DNA of 47,028 nucleotides from a virus (Duplodnaviria; Heunggongvirae; Uroviricota; Caudoviricetes): IMG/VR virus record IMGVR_UViG_2778261425_000003; one strand, 5' to 3'. Shown piece by piece: positions 32,299 to 41,320 of this stretch (position 1 is its first letter; each line of letters starts with the position of its first letter). The notes under the pieces were generated by a model. It saw only the letters and a program-made list of their open reading frames with translations, ran no database searches and was not told where the DNA came from. The position numbers and the translations under genes were made by a program.

Positions 32299-32471
32299 TT
32301 CCTCGCACGATGTCTTAGCCACCGGATATCCCACAGGTGAGCCGTGTAGTTGAAGGTTTTTACGTCAGATTCTTTTGGGATTGGCTTGGGTTTATTTCTG
32401 GTGCGTTTCGTTGGAAGGTATTTGCAGTTTTCGCAGATGATGTCGGTGAAACTTCGTCGCTGTCGCCTCAT
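32295..32471 (-). CDS. ninE: NinE
   Basis: 58 aa [58 protein letters not shown]. Confidence 0.75.
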
Positions 32472-32995
32472 GCCGCCATCCTGACGCCCTGCCCGATCGC
32501 CATCAATGCCGCTTTGGATACGGTAGTAAACATCCGTCGAGGACTGATGAACGGTCGCCAAATCAGCAGCATGGAGCCTTTGCTGTTTCCCTTCTTCTCC
32601 AACCCTGTCGATGGTTCGATAAAATTAATCCGTCCATCAGTGATAATGCGAACTTCGTCGACACTCTCCAGAGCCTTGCTGAACCATCCGACTGACATAT
32701 CCTCTGGCACAAGCATAACTACCGTCTGTCGCTGTTGTATGCACTGCTCAGCGGCTTTTTCCACCCACGGCCTGATATTGCTGTACGGTGGGTTATTCCA
32801 GATTGCACCGTGGCTTACCCACTCAGAATTGAGCGCGTCGTCGGCCTCAGTTAGCCAGTGAGCACACAGAGCATTTTTGTCGCTCGCTGCCGAATCCAGC
32901 CAGAATCCAAACTCAATATCCAGTGCATCAAAAAGCCAAAGCGGCGTTTGCCAGCAGTCCTTGTCGTGTGCTGGCGTATTTGATTTGATAGTCAT
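32468..32995 (-). CDS. phage DNA N6-adenine methyltransferase (Dam-like orphan MTase)
   Basis: NPPY motif ([10 protein letters not shown]); start MTIKSN at 32995 overlapping the ninB stop. Confidence 0.75.
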   Translation of the reverse strand: MTIKSNTPAHDKDCWQTPLWLFDALDIEFGFWLDSAASDKNALCAHWLTEADDALNSEWVSHGAIWNNPPYSNIRPWVEKAAEQCIQQRQTVVMLVPEDMSVGWFSKALESVDEVRIITDGRINFIEPSTGLEKKGNSKGSMLLIWRPFISPRRMFTTVSKAALMAIGQGVRMAA

Positions 32996-33432
32996 GCAGC
33001 CCGATCTCCCCATCTCGCTTTCCACTCCAGAGCCAGTCTCGCTTCGTCTGACCACTTAACGCCACGCTCTGTACCGAATGCCTGTATAAGCTCTAATAGC
33101 TCCGCAAATTCGCCTACACGCATCCTGCTGGTTGACTGGCCTATTACCACAAAGCCATTCCCGGCAAGGTTAGGAACAACATCCTGCTGCTTTAATGCTG
33201 CGGTAAACACACACTTCCAGCTTTCTGCATCCAGCCAGCGACCATGCCATTCAACCTGACGAGAGACGTCACCTAAGCAGGCCCATAGCTTCCTGTTTTG
33301 GTCTAAGCTGCGGTTGCGTTCCTGAATGGTTACTACGATTGGTTTGGTTGGGTCTGGAAGGATTTGCTGTACTGCGTGAATAGCGTTTTGCTGATGTGCT
33401 GGAGATCGAATTTCAAAGGTTAGTTTTTTCAT
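32992..33432 (-). CDS. ninB: NinB (recombination protein, Orf family)
   Basis: 146 aa MKKLTFEIRSPAHQQNAIHAVQQILPDPTKPIVV... Confidence 0.8.
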   Translation of the reverse strand: MKKLTFEIRSPAHQQNAIHAVQQILPDPTKPIVVTIQERNRSLDQNRKLWACLGDVSRQVEWHGRWLDAESWKCVFTAALKQQDVVPNLAGNGFVVIGQSTSRMRVGEFAELLELIQAFGTERGVKWSDEARLALEWKARWGDRAA

Positions 33433-33505
33433 GACTTCCCTCTCCCCCAAATAAAAAGGCCTGCGATTACCAGCAGGCCTGTTATTAGCTCAGTAATGTA
33501 GATGG

Positions 33506-33796
33506 TCATCTTTTAACTCCATATACCGCCAATACCCGTTTCATCGCGGCACTCTGGCGACACTCCTTAAAAATCAGGTTCGTGCTCATCTTTCCTTCCC
33601 GTTCTTCCCTGGTAGCAAACCGGTAATACACCGTTCGCCAGACCTTACCTTCGATAACCAGAAGACCTGCCCGTGCCATTTTAGCCGCGGCCTGATTTAT
33701 GCTGGTTACTGTTGCGCCTGTTAGCGCGGCAACGTCCGGCGCACAGAAGCTATTATGCGTCCCCAGGTAATGAATAATTGCCTCTTTGCCCGTCAT
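33506..33796 (-). CDS. ren: Ren
   Basis: 96 aa MTGKEAIIHYLGTHNSFCAPDVAALTGATVTSINQAAAKMARAGLLVIEGKVWRTVYYRF... Confidence 0.85.
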   Translation of the reverse strand: MTGKEAIIHYLGTHNSFCAPDVAALTGATVTSINQAAAKMARAGLLVIEGKVWRTVYYRFATREEREGKMSTNLIFKECRQSAAMKRVLAVYGVKR

Positions 33797-34494
33797 ACAC
33801 TTGCTCCTTTCAGTCCGAACTTAGCTTTAATTTCTGCGATCTTCGCCAGAGCCTGTGCACGATTTAGAGGTCTACCGCCCATAACAGGAAGTTGTTTTAC
33901 TGGTTCAGGTATCGTCTCACCACGGTTAATTCGCGCTGTCATACAGGTCAGTTCATCGGCAGCCTTGCGCCGTAATTCCGCATCAGTAAGCGCATTGGCC
34001 AGCATGTTCTGATACAGGTTGGTAACCAGCCAGTAGTGCGCGTTTGATTTCCACGGATAAGACTCCGCATCCGGATACAGGCCTCGCTTCCGGCAATACT
34101 CGTAAACCATATCAACCAGCTCGCTGACGTTTGGCAGTCCGGCGATAACGGATGCTTCTTCCCGGCACCATGCAACAAACTGCCCGGGTGATGGCAGAAA
34201 TGGTCGATTCTGCCGACGGGCTACGCGCATTCCTGCGTTAACCTGTTCCATTGTGGTGATCCCGTTTTCCCGGAAAGCCAGAACCCACTGGCGGCGGATT
34301 TCGTTCAGTTCGTTCTGGTCACGGTTAGCCAGACTCGCCGGGAAAGTTGCCAGTAACTGGCTGAACACACCGTTGATGATCTGCGCTACCTGCTGTACCT
34401 GTGGCTTTTCGTCGTACTGTTCCGGCATGTTGTTGGCGATCCGACGCATCTGCTCACGGTCAAAGTTAACCATCTGTGCGGCGATGTTTTTCAT
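33793..34494 (-). CDS. P: replication protein P (DnaB helicase loader)
   Basis: 233 aa MKNIAAQMVNFDREQMRRIANNMPEQYDEKPQV... Confidence 0.9.
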   Translation of the reverse strand: MKNIAAQMVNFDREQMRRIANNMPEQYDEKPQVQQVAQIINGVFSQLLATFPASLANRDQNELNEIRRQWVLAFRENGITTMEQVNAGMRVARRQNRPFLPSPGQFVAWCREEASVIAGLPNVSELVDMVYEYCRKRGLYPDAESYPWKSNAHYWLVTNLYQNMLANALTDAELRRKAADELTCMTARINRGETIPEPVKQLPVMGGRPLNRAQALAKIAEIKAKFGLKGASV

Positions 34495-35390
34495 AGATCC
34501 ACCCCGTAAATCCAGTCAGTGTTTGTCAGGTCGAGTTTTGGTTTTCCGGCTGTCACGCCAGCCTGTTGCTTGTTACGGTTGATTTCGAGCTGGGTCCACT
34601 TGTCGCGGAGTTTGGCCGGACTCAGCACGTTACCGGACCAGAAGTTGTCCTGGCAGGCCCAGCGGAAAAGCACACACATATCGCGGTGGTTACGTCCGTC
34701 ACGTTCACGCATCAGGCGGATATCGTTAGCCCACCCAGCAAAATTCGGTTTTCTGGCTGATGGCGCGATGGTCTTCACCATGTCAAACATCCACTCTGCG
34801 GCGGTCAGGTCTTCTGCTGTTCCCCACTTACTGCCGCTCTGAATTGCAGCATCCGGTTTAACCACAGAAAGATCGTTTTCTGGCTGGTCAGAGGATTCGC
34901 CAGAATTCTCGGACGAATAATCTTTTCTTTTTTCTTTTGTAATAGTGTCTTTTGTGTCCCCCTGTTTTGAGGGATAGCAATCCCCCAATTTGAGGGATGT
35001 TTTATCCCTCGTTTTAGGGGATTTTCCCTCGTTTTGAGGGATACACCATTCTGAGATGTTTTTATTTGGTCCAAACATGCCGCCTTGCTGCTTGATAATA
35101 TTCATTCTGACGAGTTCTAACTTGGCTTCATTGCACCGTTTGACAGGTAACTTTGTAATCTCGCTAAGTTGAGAATCGGTGATTCTGTCCATTGGTTTAT
35201 TCCACCCATAGGTTTTACGCAGAATGGCAAGCAGCACTTTAAACTGTCGCTTGGTCAGATCTGCGCCTGAATAAGCCTCAAGCAGCATATTTGATAGTCT
35301 GGCGTAACCATCATCGAGATCTGCCACATTACGCTCCTGTCCGGTAAAGTTACCTCTGCCGAAGTTGAGTATTTTTGCTGTATTTGTCAT
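34491..35390 (-). CDS. O: replication initiator O
   Basis: 299 aa MTNTAKILNFGRGNFTGQERNVADLDDGYARLSNMLLEAY...; contains ori iterons. Confidence 0.9.
   Translation of the reverse strand: MTNTAKILNFGRGNFTGQERNVADLDDGYARLSNMLLEAYSGADLTKRQFKVLLAILRKTYGWNKPMDRITDSQLSEITKLPVKRCNEAKLELVRMNIIKQQGGMFGPNKNISEWCIPQNEGKSPKTRDKTSLKLGDCYPSKQGDTKDTITKEKRKDYSSENSGESSDQPENDLSVVKPDAAIQSGSKWGTAEDLTAAEWMFDMVKTIAPSARKPNFAGWANDIRLMRERDGRNHRDMCVLFRWACQDNFWSGNVLSPAKLRDKWTQLEINRNKQQAGVTAGKPKLDLTNTDWIYGVDL
34918..35046. repeat. ori-lambda: four 19-20-bp iterons plus adjacent AT-rich region inside the O gene
   Basis: Repeats of TCCC(C/T)(C/T)GTTTTGAGGGATA-like units at about 34957, 34979, 35003, 35026; AT-rich stretch 34920-34956. 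Confidence 0.8.
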
Positions 35391-35422
35391 AATGACTCCT
35401 GTGGATTGATCCAGTAATTCCC

Positions 35423-35719
35423 TCAGAATTGCATATCAATTTGCTTAAAATCCTCGGTGGCGGCCGGGGATTTTTTCTTTGTGATTTCATCAAGCGCATA
35501 CTTAAAAGCCCTGCTAATCGGACTGATGTCTGATGCCATTCCGAAAGCACACAAGACCGAAGCAATAAATCTCCAGTCCGTTCTGCTTATCTTCGATTCA
35601 TGACAGCCAATCATCTTTGCCAGACCGCGCTGGGTAATAGCTGACAGATTGATAAGTAAATCTGTTTCTGCGCGATCAACGTCACGCTGTGATAGTTTGC
35701 TGTAACTTGTTCTTTCCAT
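35423..35719 (-). CDS. cII: CII-family transcriptional activator
   Basis: 98 aa with HTH QRGLAKMIGCHESKISR and C-terminus KKKSPAATEDFKQIDMQF; between cro and O. Confidence 0.7.
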   Translation of the reverse strand: MERTSYSKLSQRDVDRAETDLLINLSAITQRGLAKMIGCHESKISRTDWRFIASVLCAFGMASDISPISRAFKYALDEITKKKSPAATEDFKQIDMQF

Positions 35720-35805
35720 TTCTTAAGATTTCCAATAGTGAATAGTTAGTTGAAAGGTATGCGTGGAAACGCATATGGCCTTAGTTGGTCAGATATATTG
35801 GGACT

Positions 35806-35818
35806 CGCTTTGTCAGCG
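35806..35818 (-). promoter_or_regulatory. nutR boxB-like hairpin (P22-type CGCUGACAAAGCG)
   Basis: Minus-strand cgtCGCTGACAAAGCGag between cro and cII; same motif as the nutL candidate. Confidence 0.55.
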
Positions 35819-35857
35819 ACGTAGGACGAATGTCCATTGTGAAAATAGCGGTGTTAC

Positions 35858-36067
<210 letters not shown>

Positions 36068-36082
36068 TTAGTACATGCAACC

Positions 36083-36148
36083 ATTATCACCGCTAGAGGT
36101 AAAATAGTCAACACGCACGGTGTTAGATATTTATCCCTTGCGGTGATA
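36083..36148. promoter_or_regulatory. OR1-OR2-OR3 operator with divergent pR / pRM promoters
   Basis: TATCACCGCTAGAGGTA (36085-36101), CAACACGCACGGTGTTA (36109-36125), TATCCCTTGCGGTGATA (36132-36148); pR -35 TTGACT and -10 GATAAT on the minus strand. Confidence 0.9.
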
Positions 36149-36155
36149 GATTTAA

Positions 36156-36872
<717 letters not shown>

Positions 36873-36949
36873 GGCCAGCAACGGATCACAACAAACACAT
36901 GGGGCGGCGGATTAAGGGTGATGGAGAATCGAAATAAGTTGAGGTCAAC

Positions 36950-37105
36950 ATGAACACGTTCAGCATAATCGCGATACCTTTTTTTGCCCTTTCAGTGGTT
37001 CTGTTGACTCTTGGCGCTACCAGGAAGAACCAAGCCAGCTTCATCGTTGGCGGCGTGTTTATGGCGTCATGCGTGGTTAATGCCATTATCGGCATGTCTC
37101 TTTGA
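36950..37105 (+). CDS. small two-TM membrane protein; first gene of the rex-position module
   Basis: 51 aa MNTFSIIAIPFFALSVVLLTLGATRKNQASFIVGGVFMASCVVNAIIGMSL; GAGG RBS 6 nt upstream; below the ORF-track cutoff, found by hand. Confidence 0.5.
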   Translation: MNTFSIIAIPFFALSVVLLTLGATRKNQASFIVGGVFMASCVVNAIIGMSL

Positions 37106-37297
37106 GCGCTATGAGATCAGGCATCCTCGTTACTTTGTCATGTGTGACAGCCTGGTATGCACTCTGCGAGCTTTGATGTGGTTTACCACTTTAATAGTCA
37201 CCGTATCACTAAACTGATTAGCTTTACTCATACTCTTGTGGATTCGCTATTTCTGATGTCAATGCAAAAAAATACTAAGGAAACAAAAAGGATACTT

Positions 37298-37564
37298 ATG
37301 TCAGATAACACTATTAAAATCATACCTCAGCACATGACCGCCACATCAGTTCTTATTACGCCTGATCGTGCTGAAACAATCATTACTTTTTACCGCCATG
37401 AATTTGAGCATCACATGCAGTCTGATGAGCAAGGAAAGAATAGCTTCCAAGTAAAAGTTGAGTTGACCCCTAACATGTCAGTCTCAATGAGCCCGGATCA
37501 AGCTGTTGCATTAGTAAAATCATTACAGGTAGCTCTCAGGGATAATGGGCTATGGAAAGACTGA
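37298..37564 (+). CDS. hypothetical 88-aa protein; second gene of the rex-position module
   Basis: ATG 37298 with AAGGA RBS; MSDNTIKIIPQHMTATSVLITPDRAETIITFYRHEFEHHMQSDEQ... Confidence 0.55.
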   Translation: MSDNTIKIIPQHMTATSVLITPDRAETIITFYRHEFEHHMQSDEQGKNSFQVKVELTPNMSVSMSPDQAVALVKSLQVALRDNGLWKD

Positions 37565-38202
37565 AGCCAGTTTCTTCAGTTCAACCTACCTCAGGAACAA
37601 CATCATCAGTTCTTCCAAGTATTATAGTTAGTGCAACCCTAGCAGCGACAACCGTTTCTCCTTATGGGGATCCATCTCAGTACCAAAGTATTGGTATTGA
37701 TGCTAAGGTATCAAATAGAGTTTCATACGCCATGGACGAAACGGGTTTGCGCCCAAGTAAGGAAGATGTAGCGATGAAGAGTGATACCCTGGAGGTAAGC
37801 GTGAGCGGAATGTCCAGAGAAGAACTTGACGCAAAGCTTTCACAAAACAAATCAGAGGTAGAGTCTATTGCTGCGGAAATGCGTCGCGAATCAGCTGACT
37901 TTAAAACCTATTATACTCAGCAATTTTCTTCTATTGAGAGAGGTATTGCTGAAATTAAAGGTGAAATCGGCGGTTTGAAAACGGGACTTACAACGACTCA
38001 GTGGGCGATGGCCGTTGGCTTGACTTTAGTTACTGTGATTCTGTCTGGCGTGATGTTAGCCTCAAGTTGGATTATCTCCGGCAATGACAAGTCACCATCA
38101 GTAACCAGCCCGGCTCCAATTATAATACAGGTACCGACACAGCAACCATTAACGAGCGCTCCAACTAACCAATCGTCATCACAACAAGCTCCTAAGCAAT
38201 AA
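37552..38202 (+). CDS. hypothetical membrane-anchored protein; third gene of the rex-position module
   Basis: 216 aa; Ser/Thr-rich N-terminus, predicted coiled coil (ELDAKLSQNKSEVESIAAEMRRES...), TM helix WAMAVGLTLVTVILSGVMLASSWIISG, Pro/Gln/Ser-rich tail; overlaps upstream gene by 13 nt. Confidence 0.6.
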   Translation: MERLKPVSSVQPTSGTTSSVLPSIIVSATLAATTVSPYGDPSQYQSIGIDAKVSNRVSYAMDETGLRPSKEDVAMKSDTLEVSVSGMSREELDAKLSQNKSEVESIAAEMRRESADFKTYYTQQFSSIERGIAEIKGEIGGLKTGLTTTQWAMAVGLTLVTVILSGVMLASSWIISGNDKSPSVTSPAPIIIQVPTQQPLTSAPTNQSSSQQAPKQ

Positions 38203-38207
38203 ATAAA

Positions 38208-38232
38208 CCCGGCCACCGCGCCGGGTTTTCTT
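38208..38232 (+). terminator. rho-independent terminator ending the cI-side operon (timm-like)
   Basis: CCCGGC/GCCGGG stem with 6-nt loop followed by TTTTCTTT, directly after the stop at 38202. Confidence 0.75.
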
Positions 38233-38385
38233 TGCCTCACGTTCGCCCCAAAACACATAACCAATTGTATTTATTTGAAAATTAATAGATACAACTCACT
38301 AAACATCGCAATTCAGATCTCTCGATCACCTCCCAAGCCACACACCCCTGCAAAAAAATAAATCTATATAAAAAACATACAGATA

Positions 38386-38455
38386 ACCATCTGCGGTGAT
38401 AAATTATCTCTGGCGGTGTTGACATAAATACCACTGGCGGTGATACTAAACACAT
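38386..38455 (+). promoter_or_regulatory. OL1-OL2-OL3 operator and pL promoter
   Basis: AACCATCTGCGGTGATA, TATCTCTGGCGGTGTTG, TACCACTGGCGGTGATA; -35 TTGACA at 38419-38424, -10 GATACT at 38442-38447. Confidence 0.9.
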
Positions 38456-38514
38456 CAGCAGGACGCACTACTCACCAGGGCGGTGAATATACAACGATTC
38501 GAATATGAATCTAC

Positions 38515-38529
38515 GGCGCTGACAAAGCG
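38515..38529 (+). promoter_or_regulatory. nutL boxB hairpin (P22-type GCGCUGACAAAGCGC)
   Basis: Perfect 5-bp stem with 5-nt loop GACAA, 60 nt downstream of the pL start and upstream of N. Confidence 0.6.
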
Positions 38530-38695
38530 CAATAACCAAAGTGAACTTTGGGGTGTGGTGAAGGGTTCATGGACGGGAATATGTCGCACGTAAAGCGGCG
38601 AGGCCTGCGGGACTATTGCCGAATTGAAGTAGGCCGAAACAGGTCGAAATGGGTCTCCCACCTACCACACCACCAAAGTTCATCAGGAGGTCTAT

Positions 38696-39079
38696 ATGAC
38701 ACGCAGAACTCAGTTCAAAGGCAATTCACGTTCTCGTCGTCGTGAGCGTTTAAAGGCAAAGGCATTAGCTAACGGCGTACTGGCCCGCGAAGAAGCAATA
38801 AGTTCAGAAGTATTACACCGCCCTACTCTAAGCAGAGCGCAGATTCAGGCTAAAGGTACTCACGAAACGCCTGAGCGCATAGAAGACGCTAAGCCAATTA
38901 AGTTCATGGCACAGGACGTGATCTGGCAACAGAAAGAATACAGACGCAATCTGGAGAGAGCGGCCATTGTGTACGCGAATGAGTTTGGGCATAGGCAACC
39001 AGAAACTGGTGTATGTCTTCCAAATGTAGCTCTTTACGCGGCAGGCTACAGGAAATCAAAACAACTGACAGCAAGGTGA
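38696..39079 (+). CDS. N: antiterminator N (P22 gene 24-like, arginine-rich motif)
   Basis: 127 aa; N-terminal ARM TRRTQFKGNSRSRRRERLKAKA; C-terminus ...VALYAAGYRKSKQLTAR resembles recalled P22 N; GGAGG RBS. Confidence 0.75.
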   Translation: MTRRTQFKGNSRSRRRERLKAKALANGVLAREEAISSEVLHRPTLSRAQIQAKGTHETPERIEDAKPIKFMAQDVIWQQKEYRRNLERAAIVYANEFGHRQPETGVCLPNVALYAAGYRKSKQLTAR

Positions 39080-39140
39080 CTTGTGTTGGTCGCCAGAAAA
39101 TAAAATTAGGCAGCAAACCACTTATTTGAGAGGAATTAAT

Positions 39141-39764
39141 ATGTCATCAATCCGCTTAACTACGAGAATGAAAGAGAAAATCGCTCGTAACGCTTTAATT
39201 AAGTCTGGGGTTTTCACTGAACTTGAAGAAGTAACAAAGTTAAAGAACCAGCTTGCACTTGACGCCAGAGTTATTGCGTTTGGCGGTAAAAAGAAAACTG
39301 AGGAAGTGGATCAGTTATCATCCAGGTTAGTAGCTATAAGTGAAGAACTTGAAAAGATGGGATGTTCATTTTACTCATACGATGTTCGTTCTACTTCAAT
39401 TTATCTGACTGTATCTGGCAGAAGGGTTGGATGGCATTCATATGGGAAAGACGGCAACGGCGAAGATATATTGCTCCCTACTCCAACCAAAGATAAATGC
39501 ATGTTTGATGCAGAACACGAAATAACAAAAAGGTTTGATGAAATCTGCGCATTGCAACAAAAACTTGAAGCCAAGAAAAAGGATATCGAATCAAATGTAT
39601 GGGCTGCTTTGAACTCAGTCACAACAGTTAAGCGACTTATTGAAGTTTGGCCTGAAAGCAAAGAATTGCTACCAAAAGAAGCAGACAAAGCAAGTACAGC
39701 ACTTCCTGCTTTACGGGTAGAAGATTTGAATAAGATGATTGGACTTCCTTCCGAGTCCGCATAG
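39141..39764 (+). CDS. hypothetical pL-operon protein (208 aa), low GC
   Basis: ATG 39141 with GAGAGGA RBS; Lys/Glu-rich; the ORF-track start at 39081 is TTG-extended. Confidence 0.6.
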   Translation: MSSIRLTTRMKEKIARNALIKSGVFTELEEVTKLKNQLALDARVIAFGGKKKTEEVDQLSSRLVAISEELEKMGCSFYSYDVRSTSIYLTVSGRRVGWHSYGKDGNGEDILLPTPTKDKCMFDAEHEITKRFDEICALQQKLEAKKKDIESNVWAALNSVTTVKRLIEVWPESKELLPKEADKASTALPALRVEDLNKMIGLPSESA

Positions 39765-39898
39765 TCGGCCTTTATTTTTGGCACTAACAACAGAATAAAC
39801 ACTGCACTGTGTATTCATTCCAACGAGTGAATACACGGAGCAATGTCGCTCGTAACCAAACAGGAGCCGACTTGTTCTGATTATTGGAAATCTTCTTT

Positions 39899-39925
39899 GC
39901 CCTCCAATGTGAGGGCAGTTTTTTT
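39899..39925 (+). terminator. intrinsic terminator within the pL operon (tL-like)
   Basis: GCCCTC/GAGGGC stem with 6-nt loop followed by AGTTTTTTT. Confidence 0.55.
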
Positions 39926-39937
39926 GATGGAGGAATT

Positions 39938-40354
39938 ATGGAAATTACAGATATTCTGGTTAATCCAGATAATTACGACCAATTCAATATCTCTACTCAA
40001 TCAGTTGATTTGGGTTGTGCAACTGTCAGCGCATGGCTACTTAATGGTAAACAGTTGGATAAATGCCTTGATGCACATATGACGGTTAACAGCTTCCTTG
40101 CAGAAAAAACACACTGGCAAGATGCTGGAGGGAAATATGCTGGATGGCTTGAAAGCATGGGATTTGAATATCAATCTGATGAAGGTTGGTGGAGCCTTAT
40201 AGCTGTAACGCCTGAGACAATAGAATGCTTCGTTAAATACTCAAACGACGATGACTATAAACACCAGGTAGATTCTGCGATAGAAAGATATAAAAGAAAA
40301 TCATTCAACCACGAAATATCATCAGTTCTTGATTTCATAGAAGTTTTCAAATAA
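39938..40354 (+). CDS. hypothetical pL-operon protein (138 aa)
   Basis: ATG 39938 with GGAGGA RBS; MEITDILVNPDNYDQFNISTQSVDLGCATVSAWLLNGKQ... Confidence 0.55.
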   Translation: MEITDILVNPDNYDQFNISTQSVDLGCATVSAWLLNGKQLDKCLDAHMTVNSFLAEKTHWQDAGGKYAGWLESMGFEYQSDEGWWSLIAVTPETIECFVKYSNDDDYKHQVDSAIERYKRKSFNHEISSVLDFIEVFK

Positions 40355-40455
40355 GCCGCCAAGCGCGGCTTTACCGCATACCAATAATGCTTCACCAGAG
40401 GTGTTTATTCATGAGCGTAAACGCTGATTAATGAACGCAGTTGATAGGATATAAA

Positions 40456-40968
40456 ATGGCATTTATAAAGATTCTTGAATTAATTTCCCTAAGTGAGATT
40501 AATAATGTTGTCAAATATAACCCTATTTCTGGTGAGTTCACATGGCTAAAATCTTATGGAGCAAGGAAGATAGGTGGAACTGCCGGAACAATAACAACAA
40601 GCGGCTACTTAAGGATTTTCATTAACGGAAGACACTATGCTGCACATAGACTTGCATGGATTATCACTTTCGGTGTTGAGCCTGAAGGTATTATCGACCA
40701 TATAAATGGCATAAAGACAGATAACAGAATTTGCAATCTGAGGCTTGCAACTTACTCACAGAATTCAATGAATAGTAAAATAAACACCCTCAACAAATCA
40801 GGTTGCAAAGGAGTCACATGGAAGAAGGAAAGTAGAAAGTGGGCTGCCTATGGGAAATTAAACGGGAAGAAAAAACATCTAGGGTACTTTAATGAATTAG
40901 AAGATGCCAAAAAAGCTTACTGCGACTTTGCCAGAAAGCATCACGGCGAATTCTACAGGAGCAAATAA
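40456..40968 (+). CDS. HNH homing-type endonuclease with AP2-like DNA-binding domain
   Basis: ATG 40456 with AGGA RBS; HINGIKTDNRICNLR HNH-like motif and C-terminal KGVTWKKESRKWAAYGKLNGKKKHLGYFNELEDAKKAY. Confidence 0.7.
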   Translation: MAFIKILELISLSEINNVVKYNPISGEFTWLKSYGARKIGGTAGTITTSGYLRIFINGRHYAAHRLAWIITFGVEPEGIIDHINGIKTDNRICNLRLATYSQNSMNSKINTLNKSGCKGVTWKKESRKWAAYGKLNGKKKHLGYFNELEDAKKAYCDFARKHHGEFYRSK

Positions 40969-41103
40969 TGAATGAATATATTTTAGCTGGTAGCGGCGTC
41001 ATGTCCGCTTTCTACCCGCACGAATCTGAATTATCACGCCGAGTTAAACAATTAATCAGAGCAGCAAAGAAACAACTGGAGGCGTTATGCGCAATGAAAT
41101 AGC
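40969..41103 (+). CDS. small hypothetical protein (44 aa)
   Basis: ATG overlaps the HNH stop; MNEYILAGSGVMSAFYPHESELSRRVKQLIRAAKKQLEALCAMK. Confidence 0.3.
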
Positions 41104-41239
41104 CATCAATCACCAGATGCTTCGTGCTGCACAGAACAAAGCAGTAATAGCCAGATTTATTGGTGATTCAAAAATGTGGCTTGAAGCAAATAAAGCGATG
41201 AAATCAGCTATCAACCTTCCATGGTATCGCAGGAAATGA
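41087..41239 (+). CDS. Kil-like small host-killing protein
   Basis: 50 aa MRNEIAINHQMLRAAQNKAVIARFIGDSKMWLEANKAMKSAINLPWYRRK; IARFIGDSKM core resembles recalled lambda Kil; not in the supplied ORF track. Confidence 0.4.
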   Translation: MRNEIAINHQMLRAAQNKAVIARFIGDSKMWLEANKAMKSAINLPWYRRK

Positions 41240-41320
41240 GTTTTACAGATAACTGGTCAGACGAAGAATTCATTCGTCAGATGAACAAAATGCTCAATCA
41301 GCACAAAGAACAGGAGAAAG

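Noticed and set aside
34957-35044. Short direct repeats that could be mistaken for a CRISPR array
   Set aside because: Only four closely spaced 19-20-bp iterons inside the O gene next to an AT-rich tract; this is the ori-lambda architecture, with no spacers or cas genes.
38696-39131. N gene as a frameshifted pseudogene
   Set aside because: The 127-aa ORF has a complete arginine-rich N-terminus and a C-terminus matching P22-type N; the out-of-frame lambda-like peptide is better explained as a recombination relic downstream of an intact gene.
39081-39140. N-terminal extension of the 39081-39764 ORF
   Set aside because: The extension starts at TTG, overlaps the N gene 3' region and has no RBS, whereas ATG 39141 has a strong GAGAGGA RBS.
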